In this document: positions 24,526 through 38,301 of the stretch, one piece after another | How the letters are laid out: each line of letters starts with the position of its first letter | How positions within the stretch are numbered: the first letter of the stretch is position 1 | Source of the DNA: Octopus bimaculoides | Lineage: Eukaryota | DNA: 64,000 bases | Reading direction: 5' to 3' | Assembly (NCBI RefSeq): GCF_001194135.2 | Contig: NC_068982.1 | Location: forward strand, 100,013,333 to 100,077,332 | Translations under genes and position numbers: made by a program | The notes under the pieces: generated by a model | The model's database searches: none | The model's input: only the letters and a program-made list of their open reading frames with translations | What the model was told of the DNA's origin: nothing

Positions 24526-25638
24526 TTATCATCATCAACATTGATTAACGTCTGTTTTCCATACTGGCATGGGTTGGGTGGTTTGACTGAGGTCTGGAAA
24601 GCCAGCAGTTGCACCAGGCTCCAATCTGATCTGGCAATGTTTCTACAACTGGATGCCCTTCCTAATGCCAACCACTCTGAGAGTGTAGTGAGTGCTTTTT
24701 ATGTACCACCAGCACAAGGGCCAGTCAGGCAGCCTTGGCATCAATCATGTTTGGATAGTACTTTTTACATGTCACTAACATGGGAGCCAGTTAGGGGGAA
24801 CTGGCATCGACTGCGTTCACATGATGCATTTTACGTGCCACCAGCATGAGAGCTAGTCAGGTGGACTTAGCATCGATCACATTCGGATAGTGCTTTTTAC
24901 ATGCCTCTGGTATGGGAGCCAGTCAGGGACACTCGCGTTGACCACTTTTGGATGGTGCTTTTTACACACCACTGGAATGGGAGCCAGTCAGGGGGCACTG
25001 GCCACAGCTACGAATTTGGTTTTACTTGACTCAACAGGTCTTCTCAAGCATATCATATTGCCCGACACATCAAGAGTACTTTTAAATGAGCTGGGCATGC
25101 AACACTGGCATCGGCCATGGCTGTGATCTCACTTTAATTGCAGGGGCTTCTCAACCACAGCATATCTCCAAAGGTCTTGGTCTCCTGTTATTGCTTCTAT
25201 GAGACCCTATGTTCGAAGGTCATGTCTTCCCATGTCTTCCTGGGTCTACCTCTTCCACAGGTTCCTTCCATAGTTAAGGGTGTGGCACTTCCTCATACAG
25301 CTGTCCTCATCCATATGTAACATATGAGCAAACCAGTGCAGTCGTCTCTCTCTTGCACACATTTGATGCTTCTTTCTCTCAGGGCGCTCACACTCTGTCA
25401 TGTGTGCACACTGACATTACACATCCAGTAGATCATACTAGCTTCATTTCTTTCAAGCCTACACATGTCCTCAGCAGTCATGGCCCATGTTTTACTGCCG
25501 TGTAATACGGTAGTTCACACACATGCATCATACAGTCTACCTTTCATCCTGAGCGAGAGGCCCTTAGTTGCCAGCAGAGGTAAGAGCTCCCTGAACTTTG
25601 CCCAGGCTATTCTTATTCTAGCCGCTACACTCTCAGAG
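24526..25638 (-). mobile_element. 5'-truncated RTE-clade LINE: degenerate RT C-terminus, 3'UTR with ~65-bp subrepeats and (GAT)n tail
   Basis: Translation ...RIRIAWAKFRELLPLLATKGLSLRMKGRLYDACV...LHGSKTW...WMCNVSVH...RRLHWFAH... is an RTE-type post-RT region with stops and frameshifts. Confidence 0.9.
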
Positions 25639-25857
25639 CATATATATATATGTACATATATATATACATATGAGTGAATGTATATATTTGTTCATTTGTG
25701 TGTTCATTTTATGTCCATTTTCTTCAGGCTAGAATGAGTTAAGTGAATACATATTATTGTGGTGTTGTGTTACAACTGGATGCCTTTCGGTCACTGACCG
25801 TTACCTATTTTTCAAGTAAAGGAGTTTTCATTCCACTTATCTTTGAAAGTACAGAAC

Positions 25858-25858
<1 letters not shown>

Positions 25859-25930
<72 letters not shown>
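25859..25930. repeat. (TG)n microsatellite
   Basis: Directly visible. Confidence 0.95.
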
Positions 25931-25932
<2 letters not shown>

Positions 25933-26619
25933 ACATGTGGGTGTTTAACTCTGCCTATGCTATAGATTCTATTAGTCTTGCTTGAAGAGATATATATTTG
26001 GTCAGCATTGGCCAAACATTTTTAGGAGATTTTTTTTTTAAATGATTCTAGAATTTGCTGTTAATTTTTAAAAACTTTTAAACTTTTATGAGGCTGAAGG
26101 AATTTATTTTCATGAGATCCAGGTGTTTGCAGGTGAGTTTTTTTGCACAATTATACAATTATATATGTGTGTGTTCATTCACTGATTTGTAAACATTGGC
26201 TTCACTGATGGGTGTCATTTGTTTCTAGTTCTCAGGAGAAACATGTCTACACTGTTTATTATTTAACAGACTGGGAGATAGTTATCTTTTATCGAAACAG
26301 GTAGGGGTTGGTGTCAGGCAAATTCTGCCCCAAGATACTGTCATCTGACTTATACAAGCACAGGAAAATAGATGTTGACACAACGATTATATTGATGATG
26401 ATTATGGTATATATATATATATATGTACAAGCTATAGTATATGGTCTTGGGTTTGTTAATGCCTAAAATAAGTATAATTGCATGAATATTTTGATTAAAT
26501 TGCTTTAAAAATATGCTGGCAATCTTCAGTTGGTCCAGGAACATTGATTCACTCAAAATTATGGCATCAAATTATTTCATAAAAAATGCATAGTTTTTGC
26601 TTAGTAGGAAAAAAGAAAG

Positions 26620-27140
26620 GACCCTCATATCTTTAGGGGAAATGGCCTTGCTTGATATGCAGCAAAAGGAGTAGGTATAAACTTCATATGCTGTGCTCAG
26701 TGTAAGTGATGGATACACAAGAGGGATAGCAGAATATCACAGGCAGATTCACAAAAAAATAAAGCTTCATACATGACAAATGCACTGATGCCTTCATGGT
26801 TCACTAGAAGTAATCAAAAGCTGTTGTTACCAGAGAGATGTAATTAGAAAGAGAGGTAATTGCTCCAAAAGTATAGTAGTCAGGATAGGAACATGTTGCA
26901 AGAAGTTCAGGAAGCTTTTACCACTGCTGGCAACAAAGCTCTTTCCTTTCAGAATGAAGGGCAAATTGTAAGATGCTTATGTTAGAACTATGGTGATAGT
27001 GGCAGCGGAGACAAGGACATCATATGCAGAGGATTTAAGAAGACTGAAAAGAAACAAAGCTAGCATGCTCCACTGGATGTGCAATGTAAGTGTGCATGAA
27101 TGACAAAGTACCAATGTATTGAAAGAAAAACTGTGACTTG
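26620..27140 (+). mobile_element. degenerate RTE LINE ORF fragment
   Basis: KGVGIN..CAQCK.WIHKR Cys-rich segment and EDLRRLKRNKASMLHWMCNVSVHE. Confidence 0.75.
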
Positions 27141-27741
27141 TGCTGGTATGGACATGATGCACATAAGGAGAACCACTCACTTCTTTACATACATTGCTAT
27201 ACACAGATGTATTCTGAAATAGGTGCATCTATTTCTCAAACACACATTTCCATGCTTACATATATGCCCACAGCAATGTAAACATTATGTACACTCAAAA
27301 GCTTTCATAGATATTAGACATGCAGTAATCCTTTCTTATTCTTGTTTAGCTTCAGGTCAGCCTTCATCAAAGAGATTTCTAATCAAAGCTATTTCAGCCA
27401 CGACCATCTTGTTTTATTTTCAGATACACTTTACTCTGGGATAAATTGTCCAATGTGTCCTTTTTAAAATAGTAGAATGTAGTTGGAGAGGATTTAGCTG
27501 CTAGTTTTAGCACATTGATTGATAATGTAGGGGTTTCTCCTTGGCTTGACTGATCCTTATTCTCTATTTAAAGATGGTAGTGTGCGTGGCTTGAGGGAAA
27601 TTTGACTGCTTTTTCTAGCAAGTAAAGCTACCATAAAGATGTTTCTTCCTTTCATTTGGGTTAAAATCAGTATGAATGGGAAAAATTTCCTAGCTGTTTA
27701 CTTATTTTCTTATTCTTAATGAGACATATCATTCAAATTTC

Positions 27742-27779
<38 letters not shown>

Positions 27780-28249
27780 GAAAGTAAAAATGCAACCATT
27801 GGTTGTCTGAATTCAGAGTGTTGATATCTGTTGTAATGGTAAACCAGAAGAATAATACTTATATTCATAAGGAAGAAATCTTTTATCTTCCATTGCTAGG
27901 TTATTTAATAAATTTCAACTGCATTTTACATTACATTATTTCTGTACATCTTGGTAGTGTAAGATTTTGAAATGATATAATCATTAACCCCATGAATAAT
28001 GGGAAAACACTTATACATCTATTAAGATTTAACTATCAGGTGGTTTTGACTAAGAAAATACGACTGTGATGATTTTATCATAGCTGTAAAAAAAAAATTG
28101 TACATCAATTAGAAATTGTAGGGAGAAGGTAGATAACTCTACTGTGTAGTTACTTCCCTTGTTACAGTTGAACTGCAACACTTGTATCGTTTTCTATTAT
28201 TAAAGTTGCCTCAAGTTCTCGCATTCATCTATTGGCAATCAATAGCCTG

Positions 28250-28490
28250 ATTGCAACTGCATGGGAGAAAATAACGATTGACTGCAAACAATAGCGGAGA
28301 GTTATAAAGAAAGGAGTAAATGTCGCAGAATCAAAGTGGATGACACAAAAAAGGAAAAAAGTTTTGAGTAAGATCCACTACACAGAGCTGCCAGTAGTAC
28401 GATGTTAATACATGTGGACAGTGTTATGCCAGCACCTTTGGTCTACTATCCTACGTAAGAGCAACTCATCGTTGATCAAGTTCCTTCACT
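28250..28490 (+). mobile_element. degenerate RTE(BovB-like) LINE C-terminus with a terminal C2H2-like finger
   Basis: TAWEK...RRVIKKGV...CNTCGQCYASTFGLLSYVRATH. Confidence 0.55.
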
Positions 28491-31400
28491 ACATCCGAGG
28501 AAAAACTAAACACTGCTATTTACTCATACTCAGTTACGAGTGACAACCAAGAAGACTAAATTATAGTAAACTATTTAAATATATTTGGAGTGATATCCAT
28601 ATGTTGCTCTTCAGCCTCAGGTTAGTCCTGCCTTGAGTAGACCCACAGTCATAGGCATTCCACTCATGACGATCTTGTCTTTTTAGAAGTTATGTAAGAC
28701 TATGTAGTCGATAGTCAAACCTCTCATGAGGTATAAGTGATTTCAAGTTACTTATCAATTTAAAAACTATAGCATTTCAGAATCATGTGTAGCTTTCTTG
28801 TACTACCAAGATGTACAGAAATAATGCAATAATGTGGTTAAAATTTATCAAAATAACCTGGCAATTAAGACTTTAAGTTTGCTCCACTTTTGTCACAAGT
28901 GTAAGCACTTTGTAACCAATGGATGAGTTTTTAATTCTTGTTTCTGATTTTTAAAAAATCTTTTACAGAATTTGAATTAATCTAAATCATTTCCTTATTT
29001 CAGGTGTTAGAGAGGTTTGGTTGCTATTTCTAGCAGTTCAAATAGCCATGTAGAGTAGAAGATGAGCTCAGGTTGAGTCTACTAAGGGAGGTAACAAACC
29101 AACGACTAAAGAAAACCATTGCGCATACCGTTATCATGAAATTATTCTCCATATTCCATGCCTAATGGAAGACAGTTTACTCTTACATGAAGTGGTTTAT
29201 CATATTATATACATGTTTTACACTACTGTCTTGTCCATTTTATGAGGTATTCTTTAACCTTGAATGGGAAAACTTTTGCTTAAAAGTATTCCAATCATGA
29301 CCACCCTGACATTCTAGTGGTATCTACGACTACATTATCCAGAATATATTTCATTGAAGATGAGAAAAGTGTGATTTTGAGGAAGATTTCGTTGCTATGT
29401 CCAGTTGGTCTACTGGCTATATTGTAAATCCCCTTTAGATTCTGCTGGTGATGATACTAGAAATGGGTAACTGGGAATTGCAGTGAGTGGCAGTTATTGC
29501 TGTTCCCTACATTTACCTTCATTTGTGATCTGTATCCCTGTGCATTGAATAAGTGGGGTCTTTTTTTTTTTTTTTTGTTACTTTGTTGTATCTTCTGCGT
29601 TCAAATCCCACTGACTTTGACTTTCTTTTTATCCTTCTGGAGTTGATAAGATAAAGTGACAAGTAATGGGGGATGATGTAATGATTATATATATATATCT
29701 TCATCTGTTGTAGCATCATACCTAAATTAGAAATGATTATTGGTTGACAGCAAGCAAATGTTATCTTGATAGAATGCTTATCTTTTATTGCTGACAATTA
29801 AAAATTGGTGCAGATAAAAACACATAAGGGCAGATATCAAGATCAAAAACAGCACTGCTATGTTAAGTAGTTATTACAATGGCTGTGTAGAATTTCACAG
29901 CCTTTCAGAACTCAGGAGGTGGTGCATTAAGGCAAGAATAGACTATTTTGAATGTAATCATAAAATATTTTAAACTATATACAACATATAAAGTTTTGTC
30001 AGTCCCAAAACTGATTTAAATGATAGATTTTAACATAAAATAAAAAACAAAAAGCCAAGTTATTTGTGCAATATATTTTAATTTCTCATATATATATATA
30101 TATATTTCATCTTTTAAATGTTTGTTTAATTTCATCATTTAAACAATTTCTGAAATTCATTATTTCACAGATCAATTTCATCTTTTCCAATGAAAAAAAT
30201 TCAGTAAAGAATTGATATTTTATGATAAACCAGACAGAGAGGATTAGGATATTGTTAATGTGTCAACACAAACTAATAAATAATTGAATAATTGGCCTAG
30301 TTTGATTTTTTTTTTCTTTTACTGAACTACCAGATAAAGTTTCTTTCCCTTAACATTGATGTATGATGCCTCAGGCATAGATATTTAACTTTAACAACCA
30401 TCTAACTGTAGATAGGCACCGTAGAGAATTGAAATGAATTTCTACTATAAGTGGGAATGGTCATATCCTCTCCACATGAAAAAATACCTGAAATAGATTA
30501 AGTAGAAAAGGTGGCTTTCAACCACTTAAAGCTGTGATGACTAGAGTAAGCTCCAACAAACTAGGACACACAGGAGTCACAATGCATGACAAGAAACACT
30601 TCAAACAAAAACAAGTTATGTTTCAGGATTGTCATAAATAAAACAAAGAATGACAAGAATATACTTCTTGAAAGAAATATATCAATAGAAAAGAAGGACT
30701 GAAAATATGAGTGTTCATCAGGTGACATTACTGGTATTTTCCCAAAACCTGCAGATAATTAAAATTTAGTTTATTAATTTGTGATGCCTTTATAAGAATA
30801 TCAACACGCAGATATAAGAGCTAGGTATACATACAAAAATTCCATAGAGAGATTGAAAAATAAAGGAAAACATATTGGCTGCATTTCTGATGACATTGTT
30901 GTTATATACATGTTCAGGGATTTGAAAGGATGATTTATTAGCTGTGCTATTGATAAAATTACTTGATTTTATTTTACATAGAGAAAAAAACCTCAAATGC
31001 ATTGAAGAAGTGAAACAGATACTTTGTAATGTTTAAGCCCTTAAGGAGATTAGTGATCTGTGTTAAGTGAACCATTTACAATGGAGAATGAAATTTGGAT
31101 GTGAGACTGACTTGAAGAGATTGTGTTATATAGTGCTTGCCCAGAACTATAAACATTTATTTCTCACAACTAGCAGAGATTTATAAAGAAGCGGAAATAG
31201 GATGATGAAATGTCCATACCTTTGCCAAAGGTAACAGAGGCATGAAGTAAAATGGTTTCAACTAGGAACCATAACTATATTGCAGATGTTTGCAATGCAT
31301 GTTATATTGTAATCAGACTGATGGAAGTGAAAATGAAAGTTTTTGTGTGGGTGATTTCCTTTTCTATACATGTAGTGTAGGTTTGGAAGCATCATCTGCA

Positions 31401-33082
31401 AGAGTGCTACTTACAGAGCCATCTTGTTGGAAGTAAGATTCAATAAAGTTCTCTTCATGACAAGGGACAGCAGAAATGAGTTTACAGGCTCTGCAACATG
31501 TGGAGCATCATTTGTGGTCAATTTGATCATATTGCAGGTGTTACACTGGTGACCCCACCCCCTCCTCAAGCACTGCAATTTATGTTCTTTACATGAACAG
31601 CAGTGAATGAACCATTTAGAGGTTTGGGGACTTTGCTTGTATAAAAGATGTAGAAGGAGCATTCTGTTTAAAAGGAAAAAATTTTAACATATTTTTCAAT
31701 TTCAAATTTAACTCCAATTTCCTTTCTTCAGTGCAATTGGAAAAGCATTCTATATTTTAGGAATTAGAATTTGCCATGAAATTAAGAATAAATTGAAATT
31801 GCTTTTAGAGGAAAACTATAATCATTTTATTATATACTGAGGTAGCAAAGATATATGTGTGAAACAAAAATTCCTCTTTGAACTATATATATCATTTTTA
31901 CTGATAACTGATATAACAAGTTAAAATTTCAGTCGTATTTCTGAAAGGAATCATAGCAACATTTTCATGGATTTTTAAAATTTTCAAATTTCAACACCAA
32001 AATTACTGAACTTTTTTATTGGGCACAAGGCTAATTTTTCTTGATGTGAGATATATTCTACCGAATAAACCATGAAGTAATAAACAACAATGTCAGTTCA
32101 GCACAAATTAAACTTGGGAGTGTAATATGATAAATACTAAATAATGCAACAAGTCCAGTGCCCTACATCACTACCAACACACCAATGTCTACATGAAAAA
32201 TATTGAACATTGCTCAGACAGTTTTAGTTTTGCAGTTTTTCAAGAGGAAACAAAAAAAAAACTTCCAACTTGCTATGCTTGCAGAGTTGAACAAAATAAT
32301 TGATGGATTAAAATATTTTTATTAATTTTTTTTTAGGATGTTGTGATTAATGACAGTCTTAAATGATATGTACTTCAGATTTTTTTATGTGCCACAATAT
32401 ATTCATATAGTGTACAGCACATTATGCTGTAATCCCACATTATGCTACAGTCCCACATTATGCTACAAACACATAAATGTCATTTGCTAAATATGTGTGT
32501 GTGTGTGTAGGTTTATAGTGTAAATGAAATACAACTCTTCATCTATGAATGTTTGGTTAAACAGTAGTGGGGAGAGCCTGTTTATCTATGAAATAATGAC
32601 AATGTTTATGTATACCAATACCCTGGTACTTAAAGAGAAAAGAAAAGTTGACTATGTTATTAATATTTTGCTATACTCAGTATTCCTTGGTAATCTGTAT
32701 GTTCAATTGAAATGGTTAATGGCTAAATATTTATCAATTATAAGTTAGAGAGAGGGAGAAGAGACAGAGAGGGGAAAAAAGGGAAAGAAGGCAAAGAACA
32801 GATAGAAATAGAAGTTGTACGAATTTAAGCACTTGTGAATAAAATCGAGGGTATGTAGCATTCCATTAATTGATAAGTTGAAAAACATGTAGTAAATGCA
32901 AAAAAGTACAGAAAACAGACATAGGTCAGGAAGTCCACATCAGATATCGGCCTCACTAAATATTTATCAATTATAAGTTATCATGTAGACAGCTAAAATA
33001 ATAATACTGAGCTATTTTATCCATAGGGTTTTCTTCTCATAACCAATAATACAGGTGAAGCTAAATCCAGTATTTATATACT

Positions 33083-33486
33083 CTTTTACTTGTTTCAAGT
33101 CATTTGACTGTGGCCATGCTGGAGCACCGCCTTTTAGTCGAACTAATCGACCCCAGGACTTATTCTTTGAAAGCCTAGTACTTATTCTATCGGTCTCTTT
33201 AGCCAAACCGCTAAGTTACGGGGACGTAAACACACCAGCATCGGTTGTCAAGCGATGTTGGGGGGGACAAACACAGACACACAAACATATACACCCACAC
33301 ACACATATATATATATATATATACATATATATGACAGGCTTCTTTGAGTTTTCGTCTACCAAATCCACTCACAAGGCTTTGGTTGGCCCGAGGCTATAGT
33401 AGAAGACACTTGCCCAAGGTACCACGCAGTGGGACTGAACCCGGAACCATGTAGTTGGTAAGCAGGCTACTTACCACACAGCCACT
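33083..33486 (-). mobile_element. tRNA-derived SINE family B, near full length (central TA/CA microsatellite, 3' ...CAAATGACTGAAACAAGTAAAAGA)
   Basis: Head GGCTGTGTGGTAAG...GGTTCAGTCCC; matches copies at 15884-16277 and 37893-38295. Confidence 0.9.
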
Positions 33487-33944
33487 CCTACACCTATATG
33501 TAATTTTGTGCATCAAATCTGCAATATAAACAAACAAGCTGAACTTCATCAAAATAATAAACCCACCTGGTCAGCCAATGGCTCTTACAAAGTATCTGTA
33601 CACAAAGTTTTTTGACTTAACTGCACCTTTTTGTACAGTGCCAATAAACACATTCCACAAAACACCATGAGGCAATGAGATGAAATGTATCACTGAAGGT
33701 AGACTTCATTGATCCTATACTAGCCAAAAATATAAATAAAGGACTTGGATGTCCCTTTAGCTACACACCTTGTAGTGTTATCAATGTATTTAACAAAGAC
33801 AGTACATTATGTTTAAAAAATTGAAATAAATCATCTGCAGCTCTTTCTAAAAACATATTTAACATTAAAAATTGCTAGGCATAGCTAAATACAGTATTGC
33901 TGTGAATTGAGATATTACTTAGTGTATAAAAGAATCCTTTCAGT

Positions 33945-34260
33945 CATGAATAACCATGGGATTGCACCTGGAAAGTTCCCCTCCAAGGTACAAGTCCAGG
34001 CAAGGTTGTTCATGTAAAACCAGCAGTCACCCATGCATACCAGCCTCTCCTCTTTACGCCACTAATGTTATCCAAGGGAAAGGCCAATACAACTTGGCAC
34101 CAGTGACATTGCAACTCATTTCTACAACTGAATGAACTGGAGCAACATGAAATAAAGTGTCTTGCTCAAGAACACAACACACAGCCTGGTCTGGGAATTG
34201 AACTCACTACCTCATGATTAAGAGGCTGATGCTCTAACCACTGAGCCATGCGCCTTCACT
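33945..34260 (-). mobile_element. tRNA-derived SINE (D-type head, third tail type)
   Basis: Head GAAGGCGCATGGCTCAGTGGTTAGAG and shared TTGAGCAAGACACTT...GTTGCTCCAGT block. Confidence 0.75.
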
Positions 34261-34276
34261 TAATTTATATGTACAA

Positions 34277-34367
34277 CTAGCAGAAATACCCGGCGTTGCC
34301 CGGGTTAAAGAGAATAATGAAATCTAAAAACGCCGTCTAGACTACGCATCATCTTTATATATAGAGA
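34277..34367 (-). mobile_element. 91-bp non-autonomous Helitron
   Basis: On the minus strand: A|TCTCTATATATAAA...CCCGGGCAACGCCGGG hairpin...CTAG|T. Confidence 0.8.
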
Positions 34368-34549
34368 TGTATATACACACACGCACCCAAACACACGTGT
34401 GTATATGTATATCAATATAAATATATGAAAGTCAATGAAGTTTCATAAAAGAACGTGATCATGTACATACTTTCTTGCTGTTGTGATTATAACACCTCAT
34501 TGTAAACTATGTTCCTTGTTTTCCCTTGTGGAGCATATACAAATAGGTT

Positions 34550-35373
34550 NNNNNNNNNNNNNNNNNNNNNNNNNNNNNNNNNNNNNNNNNNNNNNNNNNN
34601 NNNNNNNNNNNNNNNNNNNNNNNNNNNNNNNNNNNNNNNNNNNNNNNNNNNNNNNNNNNNNNNNNNNNNNNNNNNNNNNNNNNNNNNNNNNNNNNNNNNN
34701 NNNNNNNNNNNNNNNNNNNNNNNNNNNNNNNNNNNNNNNNNNNNNNNNNNNNNNNNNNNNNNNNNNNNNNNNNNNNNNNNNNNNNNNNNNNNNNNNNNNN
34801 NNNNNNNNNNNNNNNNNNNNNNNNNNNNNNNNNNNNNNNNNNNNNNNNNNNNNNNNNNNNNNNNNNNNNNNNNNNNNNNNNNNNNNNNNNNNNNNNNNNN
34901 NNNNNNNNNNNNNNNNNNNNNNNNNNNNNNNNNNNNNNNNNNNNNNNNNNNNNNNNNNNNNNNNNNNNNNNNNNNNNNNNNNNNNNNNNNNNNNNNNNNN
35001 NNNNNNNNNNNNNNNNNNNNNNNNNNNNNNNNNNNNNNNNNNNNNNNNNNNNNNNNNNNNNNNNNNNNNNNNNNNNNNNNNNNNNNNNNNNNNNNNNNNN
35101 NNNNNNNNNNNNNNNNNNNNNNNNNNNNNNNNNNNNNNNNNNNNNNNNNNNNNNNNNNNNNNNNNNNNNNNNNNNNNNNNNNNNNNNNNNNNNNNNNNNN
35201 NNNNNNNNNNNNNNNNNNNNNNNNNNNNNNNNNNNNNNNNNNNNNNNNNNNNNNNNNNNNNNNNNNNNNNNNNNNNNNNNNNNNNNNNNNNNNNNNNNNN
35301 NNNNNNNNNNNNNNNNNNNNNNNNNNNNNNNNNNNNNNNNNNNNNNNNNNNNNNNNNNNNNNNNNNNNNNNNN
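34550..35373. other. largest assembly gap (other gaps: 6072-6081, 16282-16653, 22348-22357, 23302-23598, 40636-41007, 44367-44775, 62102-62460)
   Basis: N runs, mostly bordered by (TA)n/(GA)n or inverted repeats. Confidence 0.99.
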
Positions 35374-35698
35374 NCTCTCTCTCTGTGAAAGTATCTGTCA
35401 CTACAGTATCGAAATGTGATTGTTTCAGTTAGTGGAATAGTTTCATTTTTAAAGTGAAAGTATTTGACATGAGTGTTTTTGTTTCACTTTTGACACGTAA
35501 TACTTAAATAGTGGAGGAGATATTATGTTGCCGTGTGCTCGAACTCTGCAAGAAGTTAATAATTTTTTTTGACTAAAACACAACTGGAACCCTAAGTAAG
35601 GCATGTGTAAAATTTGAATGAAATTGGTTGCGTAGTTCTCGAGTTTTAGGGATTCACACAGACAGACAGACAGACATTCTCATTTTCATATATATAGA
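35374..35698 (-). mobile_element. non-autonomous Helitron-like element, 5' part (3' end probably in the gap)
   Basis: A|TCTATATATATGAAAATGAGAATGTCTGTCTGTCTGTCTG...AACTACGCAACCAATTT, a typical Helitron-N/DINE-like 5' end with a (GTCT)n tract. Confidence 0.6.
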
Positions 35699-35817
35699 TT
35701 TATTAAAATCTGTTTCTCAGACACACTGACAAAATAAAATATTGAGAGAAAAAAGTTGGTTTGAATTTTCAATTAATTTTTTTATCTTAAGATTTTTTTG
35801 ACACTTTATCAATAGAA

Positions 35818-36030
35818 GCATTCAGATTATTGTGAAAAGTAATGCTTATTTATTCACATTATTTTGAATTATTCATGGCTTATCTTGTAGCTTTCAGATT
35901 TCAATGATGTAACTTTATGTTTAGAATGACAATGTTGGGAAGGTGTGAGAGGCTGGACCTGGCCAGTTTGATCATAAAACAGGAAGAATATTTGGGCTGG
36001 ATATGGCCAGTTTAAATGCTAAGGACATTA
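35818..36030 (+). mobile_element. piggyBac-type MITE copy (ends degenerate)
   Basis: Internal match to 9711-9929. Confidence 0.65.
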
Positions 36031-37623
36031 AGACACTTGCAGCATTACCACAAAATAGTGCAAGACTGAGATGCAGGAGCAGCCATGCACCCTCAAAAGC
36101 CTCGCCTGGCACAGATGAGGCAAGATGCAAAGAGGCTTAAAAAAATTCAAGTGTTTACAAAAGTTAAAAACTGAATAGGAAGCTGCAAACTAAATATCAA
36201 TTGATGCACTGGTCCCCAACACCTCTATAGACACAATTATGCTGAAAGATAATTGAAGGGAGGGTCACATGGCTTAAATTCTAGACTATAAAAAGACATT
36301 CTAGAAAACCACTAAAAAGCAACAACATTTTATAAAATAACATATCTGATGAAGAATCATTGGCATATCATTACTAACCAAAGTCTTAAACCCAACCAAA
36401 TGAAATTCTAGGTGCGGGCATGGGTGTGGAAAGAAGTTTGCTTCCCAACCACACAGTTCTGGGTTCAGTCCCATTGTGAGACACCTTGGGTAAGTGTCTT
36501 CAACTATAGTCTCAAGCCAACCAAAGCCTTGTGAGTGGATTTGGTAGACAGAAACTGAAAAAAGCCTGTCGCGTATTTGTGTGTGTGTAAGTGAGTGTGA
36601 CAATGTATGTTTGCATCGCCTTGATTTGACAACACATGATAGTTGTAAAATAATTGTCACTGCCATACAAGCAGCGTCATTCGTTTCCAATGTTCTATGA
36701 GAACATGTGGTAAATATTATCCTGTTTGGAAACAGGTGAGGTTTGGCTACAGAAAGGACGTATGGCAATAGAAAATTTGCCTCATTAACTCCACCTGACA
36801 CATACAAGCATGGAAAAAAATGGATGTTAAAAGGATGATAGATAGATAGATGGATGGATGGATGGATGCTGATAGTAACTTCTAAGTTTCACCATGGAAC
36901 ACCTTCATCCAAGTCTGATGAAGCCAGTACATGGGAAACTTCAAAATCATTCAATCTTTCTCTTATAAAGATAAGTTTTATATTCTAACGTATTGTGTGA
37001 CCTTTGCTTGACTTATTATATGTATGATCATACATAAAAAAAAAACACACACACACACACATAAGCATTCAGAACTATGTATGCCAGTAAATGCTTGAGT
37101 GAATGCATACATAGTGCTAAAAGGAGATCTAACACTCTCGAATGACTTCTGATGCATATTCACATGCTGAGACAGCACTCAATCAGTGTTTTTATCCTTC
37201 ATGTATTTGAATACCAACAGTTGTTCACACCAATCTTTATCTGTCCCTGAAAGAAACTCATATCTCAAACAAACATGTACAGACGTTTACACAAACACAT
37301 ACACTTTCTAATGAGTATCAATCATTACAATGGTTATTCACTCCATCATAGAGTTCTAGAATGAACTAGAATGCATTTAATGAGGCTATTTGATCTGCTA
37401 GAACCAGCAGTCTAATGTTCTTCAAATCATGCCCAATCTTTTTTCAACAAAGATTACATTGAACAAAATAGTCTATGATATACAAAAAAAAAAAAAAAGA
37501 CAGGATGATCATTGCTGGCCTGTTTGTTCAACCAGAGCTGGCCTGGAGACTAAACAACAATATATCATTACAGATATATACAATCATCAAATACTGTCAT
37601 GTTTCTATAACATTTAGACACCC

Positions 37624-37657
<34 letters not shown>

Positions 37658-37892
37658 ACAAAGTGTTCCCAGTAGTCATATGAACACAGCTACAGGTAGA
37701 GATCTTCCTTCCCCACCACCATTATTAAAATACTAATACAGCTCTGGTCTACACAAATATGACAAGCTGTTTGAAAATATGAACCCATGAAATCCTAAAG
37801 GAGACTCTTGTTTTGTATTTAACAAATATTTTGTGTATACATACATTGTTTACTCAGGATGCTTTTTTTTTACTTCATATATATATATTTTC

Positions 37893-38295
37893 ATTTATTC
37901 TTTTATACTCTCACTTGTCTGTCATTTTACCATGGCCATGCTGGAGCACCACCTTAAAGAGTTTTAGTCAAACAAATCAACTCCATGACTTATTCTTTAT
38001 AAGCCTAATACTTTATTCTATCAGTCTCTTTTGCCAAACTGCTAAATTATAGGGATATAAACACACCAACATTAGTTATTAAGCGATGGTGGGCAGACAG
38101 CAAATACAGACACATGGATATATATATCTACACACACATGACAAGCTCCTTTCAGTTTCCATCTACCAAATCCATTCACAAGGCTTTGGTCGGCCTGAGG
38201 CTATAGTAGAAGACACTTGCCTGAGGTGAATTGAGACTGAACCCAGAACCATGTGGTTAGAAGCAAGCTTCTTATCACACAGCCAGACCTGCGCC
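37893..38295 (-). mobile_element. family-B SINE
   Basis: Same architecture; abuts the mariner at 38302. Confidence 0.85.
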
Positions 38296-38301
38296 TATAT
38301 A

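Noticed and set aside
34483-35432. Long ORFs spanning N runs (also 16.2, 23.2, 40.5, 44.2 and 62.0 kb)
   Set aside because: Open only because N codons contain no stops.
36915-36942. CTGATGA-AG-CCA/TGG-GAAA-CT-TC motif
   Set aside because: No stem I and no repeat or inversion context; could be chance.
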